A DNA stretch of 41,797 nucleotides from Candidatus Pacearchaeota archaeon (GCA_018304055.1 JAGVWY010000001.1:1-41797), one strand, 5' to 3'; shown: positions 8,887-17,653, counted from the first letter of the stretch. The notes: a model not told the origin generated them from the sequence alone. Numbers and translations are program-made.

Positions 8887-9594
8887 ATGCAATTAAGCAA
8901 AGGCGAAGAAAAGGCATATGAAGTTTTGAGAAAAAATAAAATTCAGGTGTTCAGACTGAGAGAATTAGCTTTGCTTCTGGAAATTGATAAAACTAAAACA
9001 TATAATCTGATTAAGGCCTTGAAAAAGAAAAAGGTGATTGATGTGCTTTCTTCCGGAACGTATTCTTTGAATGATGCAGACGATTTCGTCGTTGGCGCTT
9101 ATTTTAACTGGCCGTCTTACGTAAGTTTTCTTTCTGCATTGAACTACTATGGATTAAGCGACAATCTGCCTAAAAAGATAACCTATGTTTCTGTAAAATA
9201 TAAAAGACATAAAAGGTTTGTGTATGTTTGCTTATCCAAGAACAGATTTTTTGGATATTTTAAAATTGGAGATTTTATTATTGCTGAAAAAGAAAAAGCC
9301 TTTGTTGACTCTTTGCTGTTTCCTAAATATAGCGGCGGCGTAAGAGAAATTTCAAGATTATTACTGGAAAATATTAATGAGCTTGATATTAAGAAGTTAA
9401 TAAATTATGCTTTAAGAGTTAATAGTAAGATGGTATTAAGAAGATTAGGATTTATCTTAGATGAAAAATTGAATAAAAAAGATAAAAATACTCTGCTGAA
9501 AAAAATTGGCAAAGGAGTTGGGTTTCTTGATCCAATGAATAAAACAAGAAAGGATTTAAATAAAGAATGGCGGCTTTATACAAATTTAAAATGA
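8887..9594 (+). CDS. abiEi: AbiEi-like antitoxin/transcriptional regulator (type IV TA)
   Basis: N-terminal wHTH (FRLRELALLLEIDKTKTYNLIKALKKKKVI). Size and position directly upstream of an AbiEii nucleotidyltransferase, with an ATGA stop/start overlap at 9591-9594. Confidence 0.7.
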   Translation: MQLSKGEEKAYEVLRKNKIQVFRLRELALLLEIDKTKTYNLIKALKKKKVIDVLSSGTYSLNDADDFVVGAYFNWPSYVSFLSALNYYGLSDNLPKKITYVSVKYKRHKRFVYVCLSKNRFFGYFKIGDFIIAEKEKAFVDSLLFPKYSGGVREISRLLLENINELDIKKLINYALRVNSKMVLRRLGFILDEKLNKKDKNTLLKKIGKGVGFLDPMNKTRKDLNKEWRLYTNLK

Positions 9595-10334
9595 TATCAA
9601 GAGAAGAACTTGTATTGCTTAAACAAAAGAGGAAGATAAGTTTGTATTATTTAGAGAAGGAATATTTGCAGTATATTTTTCTTAATGCTGTGTCCAAACA
9701 TGGAGATTCTACCGTCTTTAAAGGCGGAACCTGTTTAAGACTGTGTTATGGTTTAGAAAGAGCTTCAGAAGATTTGGACTTTACCATTTATCTAAATGTC
9801 AATAAATTAAAAGAGCTCATAAATGGTTGTTTGAAGTCTTTTGATTTATTGGGAATTGAACACTTTGATATGATTGAGAAAGTATTTGAAGGAAATATAA
9901 GATTTGAAATAAAATTTAAGGGGCCTTTGTACAATGGAAATCTTAATTCTGCCAACAATTTGAAGATTGATTTTAATAAGAACAAAGTTTTTTTTAAGAA
10001 AGCGTCAGTAATAAATCGGGTTTTTTCAGACGTTCCTTTGTTTGTTATTGTCGCATTAGCTGAAAAAGAAATTCTTGCTGAGAAAATCAGAGCGATTGCA
10101 AATAGGAATCAGGCAAGAGATTTATATGATTTGTGGATGTTACTAGGAAAAAAAGTAGAGATAGATAAGAATCTAATTTATAAAAAATTAAAAGAAGAAA
10201 AGGTTGATTTGAATAGGATAACTTTGCTATCAAAAGAATCATATGAAACGGATTTGAGGAACTTAGTAGATTATATTCCAGATTATGAACAAATAAAGAA
10301 AGAAATAATTGAATTTATTGAGGAGTTAAAATGA
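9591..10334 (+). CDS. abiEii: AbiEii/DUF1814 nucleotidyltransferase toxin
   Basis: Hallmark motif FKGGTCLRLCYGLERASEDLDF, later AEKIRAIANRNQARDLYDL. Start taken at ATG 9591 (MISREEL), overlapping the abiEi stop. Confidence 0.85.
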   Translation: MISREELVLLKQKRKISLYYLEKEYLQYIFLNAVSKHGDSTVFKGGTCLRLCYGLERASEDLDFTIYLNVNKLKELINGCLKSFDLLGIEHFDMIEKVFEGNIRFEIKFKGPLYNGNLNSANNLKIDFNKNKVFFKKASVINRVFSDVPLFVIVALAEKEILAEKIRAIANRNQARDLYDLWMLLGKKVEIDKNLIYKKLKEEKVDLNRITLLSKESYETDLRNLVDYIPDYEQIKKEIIEFIEELK

Positions 10335-10435
10335 TATCAATATTCTGCCATATAGAAAATAATTAATTTGAACTTTTTAAGTTTTTAAATAATTTTTATA
10401 GAAAGATTTATTAAACTCTTTAACGTAATTAAAGT

Positions 10436-10711
10436 ATGGAATCAAAGGATTATACAGATGAATTTGGAAATTATTGGCCAGCTTCTAAACCAGTTCGTAT
10501 GTTAATGAGTGCAGAGGAATTTAGTGGACAATTCAAAGGATATCCAACTATTGCTGTTGAAATGACAAGTGATAGGATTTACGCTGCTGGCGATAGTGAA
10601 GAGAATCTTGTGAAAGGAATTGAAGCGAGAAATTTAGAGTGTGAATTATTTCAACTTGAGCCCGGGCCTCTTAATGGACTAAACCTTGAAAAATTGATTC
10701 GTGATGGTTAG
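10436..10711 (+). CDS. hypothetical protein
   Basis: Track ORF. Visibly more G+C and a different amino-acid usage than its neighbours. No motif recognised. Confidence 0.55.
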   Translation: MESKDYTDEFGNYWPASKPVRMLMSAEEFSGQFKGYPTIAVEMTSDRIYAAGDSEENLVKGIEARNLECELFQLEPGPLNGLNLEKLIRDG

Positions 10712-10791
10712 AAACGAAGAGAATAATTATTATATAATTCAGATTTGGTTAATGATAATATCTTTATAAATAAAATAACCTTATTTTTTTC

Positions 10792-11634
10792 ATGGCTTAC
10801 GAAACTGTATATAAAATTCCTAGTGGAATAATAGAAGGAGAAAAAGGAAAACGATTTGTTAGAAAGGATAATCTACAAGAACTTGTAGAGAGTAGTGAGA
10901 AATTTAGTATGTTATATTTTGTGCGAAAAAGCGAATATGATGTTCATGAAGATCCGTATATAAGCACGAGACTTGTTAGTACATTAAGGCGTTCAAAAAT
11001 AAGAGGTCCATTTGAATCTGCTCCTGAAAAACTATTCCGTAAGAGAAGTAATTGGGTCGATGAATATAGTATAAATGAACTTTATAGTGAAGAAGAAGAA
11101 CTTTTAAGAAAACTTATTCCAACAAGAAAAATGCCTCTTAATCTGGAGGATATTATGTGGGTGGAATATGGTACAAATCATTTCGTGATTTCTTTTTCAG
11201 TCCATCATATTGAAACTGATGTGGAAGGATTAATACAAGTTGGACGGGGGGTTTTGAATTATTTGTCACAATTTAGAAATGAAAAAGTTTCAACTACCAG
11301 ATATAAAGGATTAATTAATGATTGTTTAGTGGATTTTTATTTTGATCCTGAAGTTGATTTTAGTGAAGAGAAAATAAGAAAAGCATGCCCAGAGTATCCA
11401 AAGGTGAATATAAAGATTCTCGGAAAGATAGACACGATCAGAAAAATAATAAATGATTCTGGAGTTCAAAATATAGAACCTAAAATAAATCCTCATCGAG
11501 GTAATGGAGGTTGTCCAGCATTAGAAAGAGTAGTAGTAGAAGGATTAGCTTACGATTTAGATTTAAATTCCATGATTGATAAAGAAATAAGTAATTACGA
11601 GGATCTTAGAAGAATAGAAAATATTATTGTTTGA
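10792..11634 (+). CDS. hypothetical protein
   Basis: Track ORF, 280 aa. No motif recognised. Confidence 0.6.
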   Translation: MAYETVYKIPSGIIEGEKGKRFVRKDNLQELVESSEKFSMLYFVRKSEYDVHEDPYISTRLVSTLRRSKIRGPFESAPEKLFRKRSNWVDEYSINELYSEEEELLRKLIPTRKMPLNLEDIMWVEYGTNHFVISFSVHHIETDVEGLIQVGRGVLNYLSQFRNEKVSTTRYKGLINDCLVDFYFDPEVDFSEEKIRKACPEYPKVNIKILGKIDTIRKIINDSGVQNIEPKINPHRGNGGCPALERVVVEGLAYDLDLNSMIDKEISNYEDLRRIENIIV

Positions 11635-11734
11635 TTTTTAGAAATCTTCTTATAATCATTTCTTAAACTTTCTCACCGCAACATTTATATCTCACAATAA
11701 TTTTATTTCCTAATTAAAAAAGAGATAATAAAAC

Positions 11735-11950
11735 ATGCAACCTACTTTATTCATTTTAGGATTTATTATAGATGCTTTAGGCAAAGTTCTGTTAGGTATA
11801 AGTGTTATTTTAGTTCATGGCATTGTCTACAAAGAACGGAAAATTGATATAAAGGTTTTAAGAGAAATGAAAATAGAAAAAAAATTAAGTCTTTTAGGAA
11901 TTATACTTATTATTATTGGTTCTGGAATTCAGGTTTGGTTTATGATTTAA
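11735..11950 (+). CDS. small membrane protein (2 TM)
   Basis: Two hydrophobic helices. Its 3' end overlaps the convergent methyltransferase gene by 57 nt, which lowers confidence. Confidence 0.4.
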   Translation: MQPTLFILGFIIDALGKVLLGISVILVHGIVYKERKIDIKVLREMKIEKKLSLLGIILIIIGSGIQVWFMI

Positions 11951-12595
11951 CTTTCCAAATAATACATAATATTCATCCTTATTTTTTAGACTCTTATTCG
12001 TGGATAGTTTAATTATTTTAAAATCTTTGAATTCTTTCTCTAGAATATTTTTATTAAAAAGATAATGGATAACTCCCTTTTCCCTTCCTCCTAGAGGTAC
12101 ATATGTTCTTGAATCAATAAATGTGTAATCTTTTTGTAGACTTTTTGTTATACCTTTAACAACTGTTAAATAAATAAATCCGTTAGGTTTAAGAATCCTT
12201 TTTATTTCTGATATAGCTTTTCTAATGTCCTGGATAGTGCCATGATTCAAAGTTCTTATACACATTATTGCGTCAAAATAATTTTTTTGATAGGGTAATT
12301 TTCCATACATGGATCTTACTTTTAAACTAGCATTAACTCCTTCCTTCTTTAACCATAACTTCGTTTTATGTACTCCTTCACTTGATATATCCAGTCCGTA
12401 CATTTCAAATCCTTCTTTCGCTAAATAAACAATATTCCTTCCTGAACCACACCCTAAGTCTAAGATTCTTGATATGTTATTTAATTTGAAAAAATTAGCT
12501 ATTTGTGGTAAATTTCTTTGAGGTTTTTTAGTAAAATTGTCATTCACATAAACTTCATTCCATTGTTTTTTTACTTTTAACTCAAAATTTCTCAT
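11894..12595 (-). CDS. class I SAM-dependent methyltransferase
   Basis: Motif I ILDLGCGSGRN followed by the acidic YGLDIS. The ATG at 12595 lies 1 nt after the stop of the upstream aaRS-like gene (the track start at 12604 is a GTG). Confidence 0.85.
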   Translation of the reverse strand: MRNFELKVKKQWNEVYVNDNFTKKPQRNLPQIANFFKLNNISRILDLGCGSGRNIVYLAKEGFEMYGLDISSEGVHKTKLWLKKEGVNASLKVRSMYGKLPYQKNYFDAIMCIRTLNHGTIQDIRKAISEIKRILKPNGFIYLTVVKGITKSLQKDYTFIDSRTYVPLGGREKGVIHYLFNKNILEKEFKDFKIIKLSTNKSLKNKDEYYVLFGKLNHKPNLNSRTNNNKYNS

Positions 12596-12596
12596 A

Positions 12597-13760
12597 TTAA
12601 TCACTTTTGCTTTCGCTATTCAGCTGAAGATATTCCTCCTTCTTTTTGAATAAATTCATGAAGTAGTAAACTGAATAATGCCTGAATAATTTGTGAGGAT
12701 TATCAATCCAGGATGATACTTCTTCGTAAATTATGTCTAATCCTTTTTTATCAAAACTCTCTTTAAGGTAATCATAATCAACAAGATAAGAGGGGAGATA
12801 CCCATATGCATTTTGTTTTATAGAGAGAGATTTAGATAATTTAGCTCCAGACCAATCGAGAATTAATGGCGAGTATACTATAATAGGTAATTCATGAGCA
12901 TAGACATTCCCTAATAAAGATGCTGTTCGATAAAGAGCCTGTTCTTGATAGTAACCTGCATAATCACTTCCAGTAACCCTTAATATTTCATATTCAATTG
13001 AAGTGTCCTTATTTTTTTTATGATATAGGAGTGCTCGGATTAGATTTCTTAATGGAGTGTTATACTCTAATAAACGTGATTGTTTTTTAATATTAATCTT
13101 AAATTTACCATGAGTTGGACAAAGGCATTCTATGCTATTATTAAAATATTTATTATTTACTCCTTTTTTGTCTGTTAAACCACATTGTGGACATGACACT
13201 CTAATGACAAATTTATCAGAGGATCCGAAAACCCTGTTTAAGGAATCCCTATTTTTAATAAAAAGTTTGACTAACTCCAGAATTTCTTTTTGTTTATTAA
13301 ATTCTTCTTGATTCCTTATTTTATAAGTTATTCCGCTTATTTTTTCTAAAAAATTCAATAGCTCGATATATTTTTTTAATATACTACTGCTTATTGAGTT
13401 ATTACGAAGATTGATTTGATAAACTATATCTTTAATTTTTAATATTTCTGATGGAGCTGAATCTACTATCTCAAATAATATTTCAACATTAATTTGTTTA
13501 GAAAAATTTTTTATTTTGGAAGCTAATGAAAAAGCCGTCATGAAAGTTATTATAGTGCCTAAATGAGGGGATGAATTCGGTTGTGCTCCTATACTTATGA
13601 TTAAGTTCTCTTTTTTAATATTATTTAATAAATAGCTAATAAAATTATCATTAAAAAGATAAGATGCTCCTCCAAGAGGATAGTATACTTTATTATCGTG
13701 AGTAATTACTTTATCTAGCTCTATTTTTTCATGAAAGTTGTTAGTTAATGATAAATCCAT
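12597..13760 (-). CDS. class I aminoacyl-tRNA synthetase-like protein (LysRS-I-like catalytic core, no anticodon-binding domain)
   Basis: HIGH-type motif in GAQPNSSPHLGTI and KMSKS-type motif in SGAKLSKSLS. GSDYAG sits where class I enzymes have G.DH. A Zn-knuckle insert is present (CPQCG...CLCPTHG). Only 387 aa. Confidence 0.7.
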   Translation of the reverse strand: MDLSLTNNFHEKIELDKVITHDNKVYYPLGGASYLFNDNFISYLLNNIKKENLIISIGAQPNSSPHLGTIITFMTAFSLASKIKNFSKQINVEILFEIVDSAPSEILKIKDIVYQINLRNNSISSSILKKYIELLNFLEKISGITYKIRNQEEFNKQKEILELVKLFIKNRDSLNRVFGSSDKFVIRVSCPQCGLTDKKGVNNKYFNNSIECLCPTHGKFKINIKKQSRLLEYNTPLRNLIRALLYHKKNKDTSIEYEILRVTGSDYAGYYQEQALYRTASLLGNVYAHELPIIVYSPLILDWSGAKLSKSLSIKQNAYGYLPSYLVDYDYLKESFDKKGLDIIYEEVSSWIDNPHKLFRHYSVYYFMNLFKKKEEYLQLNSESKSD

Positions 13761-13785
13761 CTTAAACTAAAATTATTGATGAAAA

Positions 13786-14541
13786 CTATTTTATTATTCC
13801 GAACGAAGATCCGCATAGATCATCTCCGGGTTCACGGCCTTCGATACAAAGCACATGTTCTAGAGGGTTACCGCCTGTTACACCATAAAGATGATCATGA
13901 TTATATCTAGAAATATAAGACACATCGTCCACTACCATAATTTCGTCTTTTAAATCAAGTGTTCCAACCTCATAACCATCTTTAAAATTATGGGAAGCTT
14001 CTTCTAATTTTCTTGCTCCTTCTAATCCGAAACTAGCTATCACAAAACCATTTTTAGACAAAGGGATCTTATCTTTGGATACATATGTTTCTCTTGGAGC
14101 AAATCTAATTCTTCCATCCTCACTAAATCTTACGCCTTCTATTTCTTCTCCATTTTTAACTATTTTTTCTAATTTATTCACTTTATTTATCAGATTTATT
14201 TTATGCTGCCTATGCGCCTGACTAGATACATATTCTCCACTAAATATTGTTCCATTTGCTTCTTGATCTTGTAGAACATAGACTCCATTATATGTAGATA
14301 AATTTCTATTAAAAACCCATATCCTAACATGATCTTTAATAAACGTATAAGGAGGGTAAACAGAACGAATTAAAGAAGCAATTTCTTCTCCAGTTGGTAT
14401 TTTATATCCCTTTTCTAATATTCCTCTCCCTACTTCTCTATAAAAACCTCCTATCGAAGGGTATGCAAATATTATCTCTCCATCTTCATGTGGAATGATT
14501 AATCTTGCTTGATTGTTTGTTCCGGGATTCATTTGATTCAT
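13786..14541 (-). CDS. hypothetical protein (family Q, copy 1)
   Basis: Paralog of 37494..38438: DGEIIFAYP / DGEIIFGYP; GVRFSEDGRIRFAPRETY / GVRFSKDNKIRFAPRDSY; NGFVIASFGLEGARKLEEAS / DGFIIASFGIEGAKKLAEIS. Confidence 0.65.
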   Translation of the reverse strand: MNQMNPGTNNQARLIIPHEDGEIIFAYPSIGGFYREVGRGILEKGYKIPTGEEIASLIRSVYPPYTFIKDHVRIWVFNRNLSTYNGVYVLQDQEANGTIFSGEYVSSQAHRQHKINLINKVNKLEKIVKNGEEIEGVRFSEDGRIRFAPRETYVSKDKIPLSKNGFVIASFGLEGARKLEEASHNFKDGYEVGTLDLKDEIMVVDDVSYISRYNHDHLYGVTGGNPLEHVLCIEGREPGDDLCGSSFGIIK

Positions 14542-14645
14542 AACAACTAATTTGAATTATCTTTAATCGCATCTTTTACAAATATATCTTTAGTAGAAAA
14601 AAAATCAACCTAAAAGTTTATAATTAACTGATTCTATTATATTTA

Positions 14646-15437
14646 ATGTCATTACCTCTATCTACTATTGGTAGCAGTTCAACAAAAAATTCAATTATAG
14701 AAATTCTCTCTAGGGAATGGCCGTTGACAGCAAAAAAGATTTATGGAAAATTAAAAAGACAATACAAACTATCACTTACTTATCAAGCTACGCATAAAGC
14801 CCTAAAAGAATTAACTGAAAATAGCATTCTGGAAAAGAAAAAAGAAGGCTATGTAATTAATAAAGAATGGATTAAAAGCCTTGGAAGTTTTAGTGAAAAA
14901 TTGTTATCTGACTTAGAGGCTTTACACGCTAAAAGAGAAATAAAAACATTTCATAAAATTTCTTTTGAAAATCATAGAGAATTCATAAAATTTCATTTAG
15001 ATTTCATAGATAAGGTAATGAAAGAAGATAAAAAGCTCAATGTGGTTATCCATTGCAGACATGTACCATATCCTCATGTATTGACAAATGAAGAAATAAA
15101 AAAATTAAGATTAATGAGAAATATGAAATGTTTAATACTATCTAAAAAAGATACAATATTAGACAGATGGTGTGCAAAACAATGGAAAAAAATGGGTGTA
15201 AATGTGAAATTGGGAGCAGAAATCGGTGTAGACATGAAAATTATTTTAAATGACTATATTATGGATATTTATAATACAAAAGAAGTAATATCTATGTGGG
15301 ATAAAATACATTCAGTAAAAAGTGTTAATGATTTTGATGCAACTTCAATGTCTGAAAGCATACTCAATACAAAATTGAAGATTGTTGTAACAGTATATAA
15401 AGATAAAGAGCTTGCTTCGTTGTTAAAAAAAGCTTAG
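14646..15437 (+). CDS. winged-helix DNA-binding protein, putative regulator
   Basis: N-terminal wHTH-like IIEILSREWPLTAKKIYGKLKRQYKLSLTYQATHKALKELTENSILEKKKEGYVIN. Divergent from the family Q / aaRS-like / methyltransferase operon. Confidence 0.6.
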   Translation: MSLPLSTIGSSSTKNSIIEILSREWPLTAKKIYGKLKRQYKLSLTYQATHKALKELTENSILEKKKEGYVINKEWIKSLGSFSEKLLSDLEALHAKREIKTFHKISFENHREFIKFHLDFIDKVMKEDKKLNVVIHCRHVPYPHVLTNEEIKKLRLMRNMKCLILSKKDTILDRWCAKQWKKMGVNVKLGAEIGVDMKIILNDYIMDIYNTKEVISMWDKIHSVKSVNDFDATSMSESILNTKLKIVVTVYKDKELASLLKKA

Positions 15438-15452
15438 ATTAATAACTATAAC

Positions 15453-15491
15453 GGAAGACTTAAATTTTTAACCAATTTATTTAAGTCTTCC
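15453..15491 (+). terminator. perfect 13-bp hairpin after the 14646..15437 gene
   Basis: ggaagacttaaat (15453-15465) and atttaagtcttcc (15479-15491) are exact reverse complements with a 13-nt loop, 16 nt after the stop codon. Confidence 0.45.
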
Positions 15492-15495
15492 AAAC

Positions 15496-15714
15496 ATAGC
15501 AAAAGACATTTTGGTAAATGTCAAAAACCATAGGTCAGAAACCTGTTGTATTTTTTTAATATGGTTTTTGAGCACATCAGAAATTTTTCAGAAAATTTCT
15601 GAGCGCCCCAAAAAACTTCTGATAGTTTTTTGGTGTGCTCCGAATTCCACATGCTATTTTTTACTACTTGTCTTAAACATGTGGAATTCGGACATTTTAA
15701 GAGTCTTTTGCTAT
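15496..15714. other. 219-bp nested perfect-hairpin element (MITE-like DNA or structured RNA)
   Basis: The outer 12-bp inverted repeat atagcaaaagac (15496-15507) / gtcttttgctat (15703-15714) encloses four perfect hairpins: 15521-15532/15560-15571 (12 bp), 15577-15587/15592-15602 (11 bp), 15608-15617/15624-15633 (10 bp) and 15639-15653/15678-15692 (15 bp). Confidence 0.6.
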
Positions 15715-15732
15715 AAATTCTGAAACAAATAA

Positions 15733-16185
15733 TCAATTAAGCTCGACAAACTCTGTTTTGACTTGTTTTAAAGAAGTTAATGAAATTGTTTTTGCAAATC
15801 CATATTTCTTAATAGCTTCTTTTGCATATTCATAATATTCATCTATGTTTTTACATCTTAATTTTATAATTAGCTCGTAATCTCCAGTTACAACATCAAC
15901 AGATTCTACTCTTGAGTCTTTGGCAATTTCTTTGGCAATTTTTTCCGGCTCTGCATAATTCTCCTGTATGAGATTCACAAGGATATAAATGCAATATCCT
16001 TCTTCAATTTTTTTATAATCGAAAACAGCTTTATATGTTTTAATCGCTTCTTCTTTCTCTAACTTTTTGATATTGTAATGAATCGTTGTTGCCGGTTCTT
16101 TAATCTTTTTAGCTATTCTCGCTATTTGAGGAGTACAGTAACCCTGTTTAAACAATTTTATTAACCTTGATCTTATATCTTTCAT
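15733..16185 (-). CDS. Lrp/AsnC family transcriptional regulator
   Basis: N-terminal HTH (YCTPQIARIAKKIKEPATTIHYNIKKLEKEEAI) plus a C-terminal RAM-like domain (CIYILVNL...VESVDVVTGDYELIIKLRCKN). About 150 aa. Confidence 0.8.
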   Translation of the reverse strand: MKDIRSRLIKLFKQGYCTPQIARIAKKIKEPATTIHYNIKKLEKEEAIKTYKAVFDYKKIEEGYCIYILVNLIQENYAEPEKIAKEIAKDSRVESVDVVTGDYELIIKLRCKNIDEYYEYAKEAIKKYGFAKTISLTSLKQVKTEFVELN

Positions 16186-16286
16186 TTTTCTATAAACTGT
16201 ATAAGATTCAACTATTTATAAATTTTATGTATAAAAATTGTATAATATTCAATTATTTATATATAGATAAGTAATTTAATAAAGAC

Positions 16287-17552
16287 ATGGAAATTGGAAT
16301 TATTGGATTAGGAGATATGGGGAAATTATACGCAAATAAATTTGTTAGAGCTGGATATGCAGTTAATGGATGCGACTTACCTGTAAAAAGAGATAAATTA
16401 GAAGAAGAATTATCTGGAATTGGAATTAATATATTAGAAGATGGTATAGCGGTTTCTAGAAATAGCGATATGATTTTTTATTCAGTTGAAGCTGAGAACA
16501 TTGAAAAAGCTATTGAGAGATATGGCCCTTCAACAAAAACCAGAGCAATAGTAGCTGGACAAACTTCTGTAAAAACTCCTGAAATAAAAGCTTTTGAGAG
16601 ATATTTGCCAAAAGACGTAAATATTGTTACTTGTCATTCACTACATGGTCCTTCTGTTGATCCTATAGGACAAAGCTTAGTAGTTATAAGACATAGGAGT
16701 ACTGATAATGCATATAAATCTGCATTAAATACTCTTGAAGTTTTAGGATCAAACATTGTTGAAATTCCAGACTACAAGGAACATGATAAAATTACAGCAG
16801 ATACGCAGGCTGTAACACATATAGGATTTGAAAGTATGGGAACTGCATGGAAAAATGCTGGATTTTATCCATGGGAAAATACATCATATATTGGAGGGAT
16901 TGATAATGTGAAAGTATTAATGGCTCTAAGAATTTATGGTGGAAAAGGACATGTTTACTCTGGACTTGCAATTTTAAATCCATTTGCAAGAGAACAAGTT
17001 AGACAATATGCAAAATCTGAATCAGAATTATTCAAAATGATGATTAAAGAAGATGAAATAGCATTTAAAGAAAGAATAATGAAAGCAACAGATTTTGTTT
17101 TTAAAAATGTTGATTCCCCAATTTTTTTAGATAATAATGTAATGGGGGAATTTAGCTTGGGAATAAATTCAGATAATAGAACTCCAAATTCTCATCTAAG
17201 TTTATTAGCAATGATAGATGCATGGTATCAAATGAGAATTAATCCTTATAATAATCTTATATGTCAAACACCTCCATTCAGATTAAGATTAGGGATTGCA
17301 GAATATTTATTTAGAGATAAAGAATTATTATATGAGTCTTTACAAACTGCTCTATCTGATAAAAAGATTAGGGGAGATGATTTAGAATTTCATTCTGCGG
17401 TTAGAGAATGGGCTTCTATTATAGAGCGTAAGGATTTAGTTGGCTACAAACAACAATTTGATGAGACTAGATCTTTCTTTAAAGATAGGATTCCAGAAGC
17501 TATGAAAAAAAGCACTGAATTGATTAAAAGATTAACTATAGGTTCAAAGTAA
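16287..17552 (+). CDS. tyrA: prephenate dehydrogenase, long monofunctional (fungal TYR1-like) type
   Basis: Rossmann motif IGIIGLGDMGKLYANKF. The blocks GQTSVKTPEIKAFERYLPKDVNIVTCHSLHGP, EHDKITADTQAVTH, PNSHLSLLAMIDAW and DDLEFHSAVREW match my memory of yeast Tyr1-type enzymes. Confidence 0.75.
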   Translation: MEIGIIGLGDMGKLYANKFVRAGYAVNGCDLPVKRDKLEEELSGIGINILEDGIAVSRNSDMIFYSVEAENIEKAIERYGPSTKTRAIVAGQTSVKTPEIKAFERYLPKDVNIVTCHSLHGPSVDPIGQSLVVIRHRSTDNAYKSALNTLEVLGSNIVEIPDYKEHDKITADTQAVTHIGFESMGTAWKNAGFYPWENTSYIGGIDNVKVLMALRIYGGKGHVYSGLAILNPFAREQVRQYAKSESELFKMMIKEDEIAFKERIMKATDFVFKNVDSPIFLDNNVMGEFSLGINSDNRTPNSHLSLLAMIDAWYQMRINPYNNLICQTPPFRLRLGIAEYLFRDKELLYESLQTALSDKKIRGDDLEFHSAVREWASIIERKDLVGYKQQFDETRSFFKDRIPEAMKKSTELIKRLTIGSK

Positions 17553-17599
17553 TTTATAACATAGTCAAACAACTAATTTCTTCGGTTTTTTGGTTGTTG

Positions 17600-17653
17600 C
17601 AAACTAAAAGCATTTGTAAATAAAATAAAAAGATAGCAAATGCTTTTAGTTTG
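17600..17653 (+). terminator. perfect 17-bp hairpin downstream of tyrA
   Basis: caaactaaaagcatttg (17600-17616) and caaatgcttttagtttg (17637-17653) are exact reverse complements with a 20-nt loop, followed by a T-rich run. Confidence 0.4.

Noticed and set aside
15511-15736. Two mirror-image ~70-aa ORFs on opposite strands (15511..15723 + and 15521..15736 -).
   Set aside because: They coincide with the nested inverted repeats. Open frames on both strands are a by-product of palindromic sequence, and there is no start context or protein-like composition.
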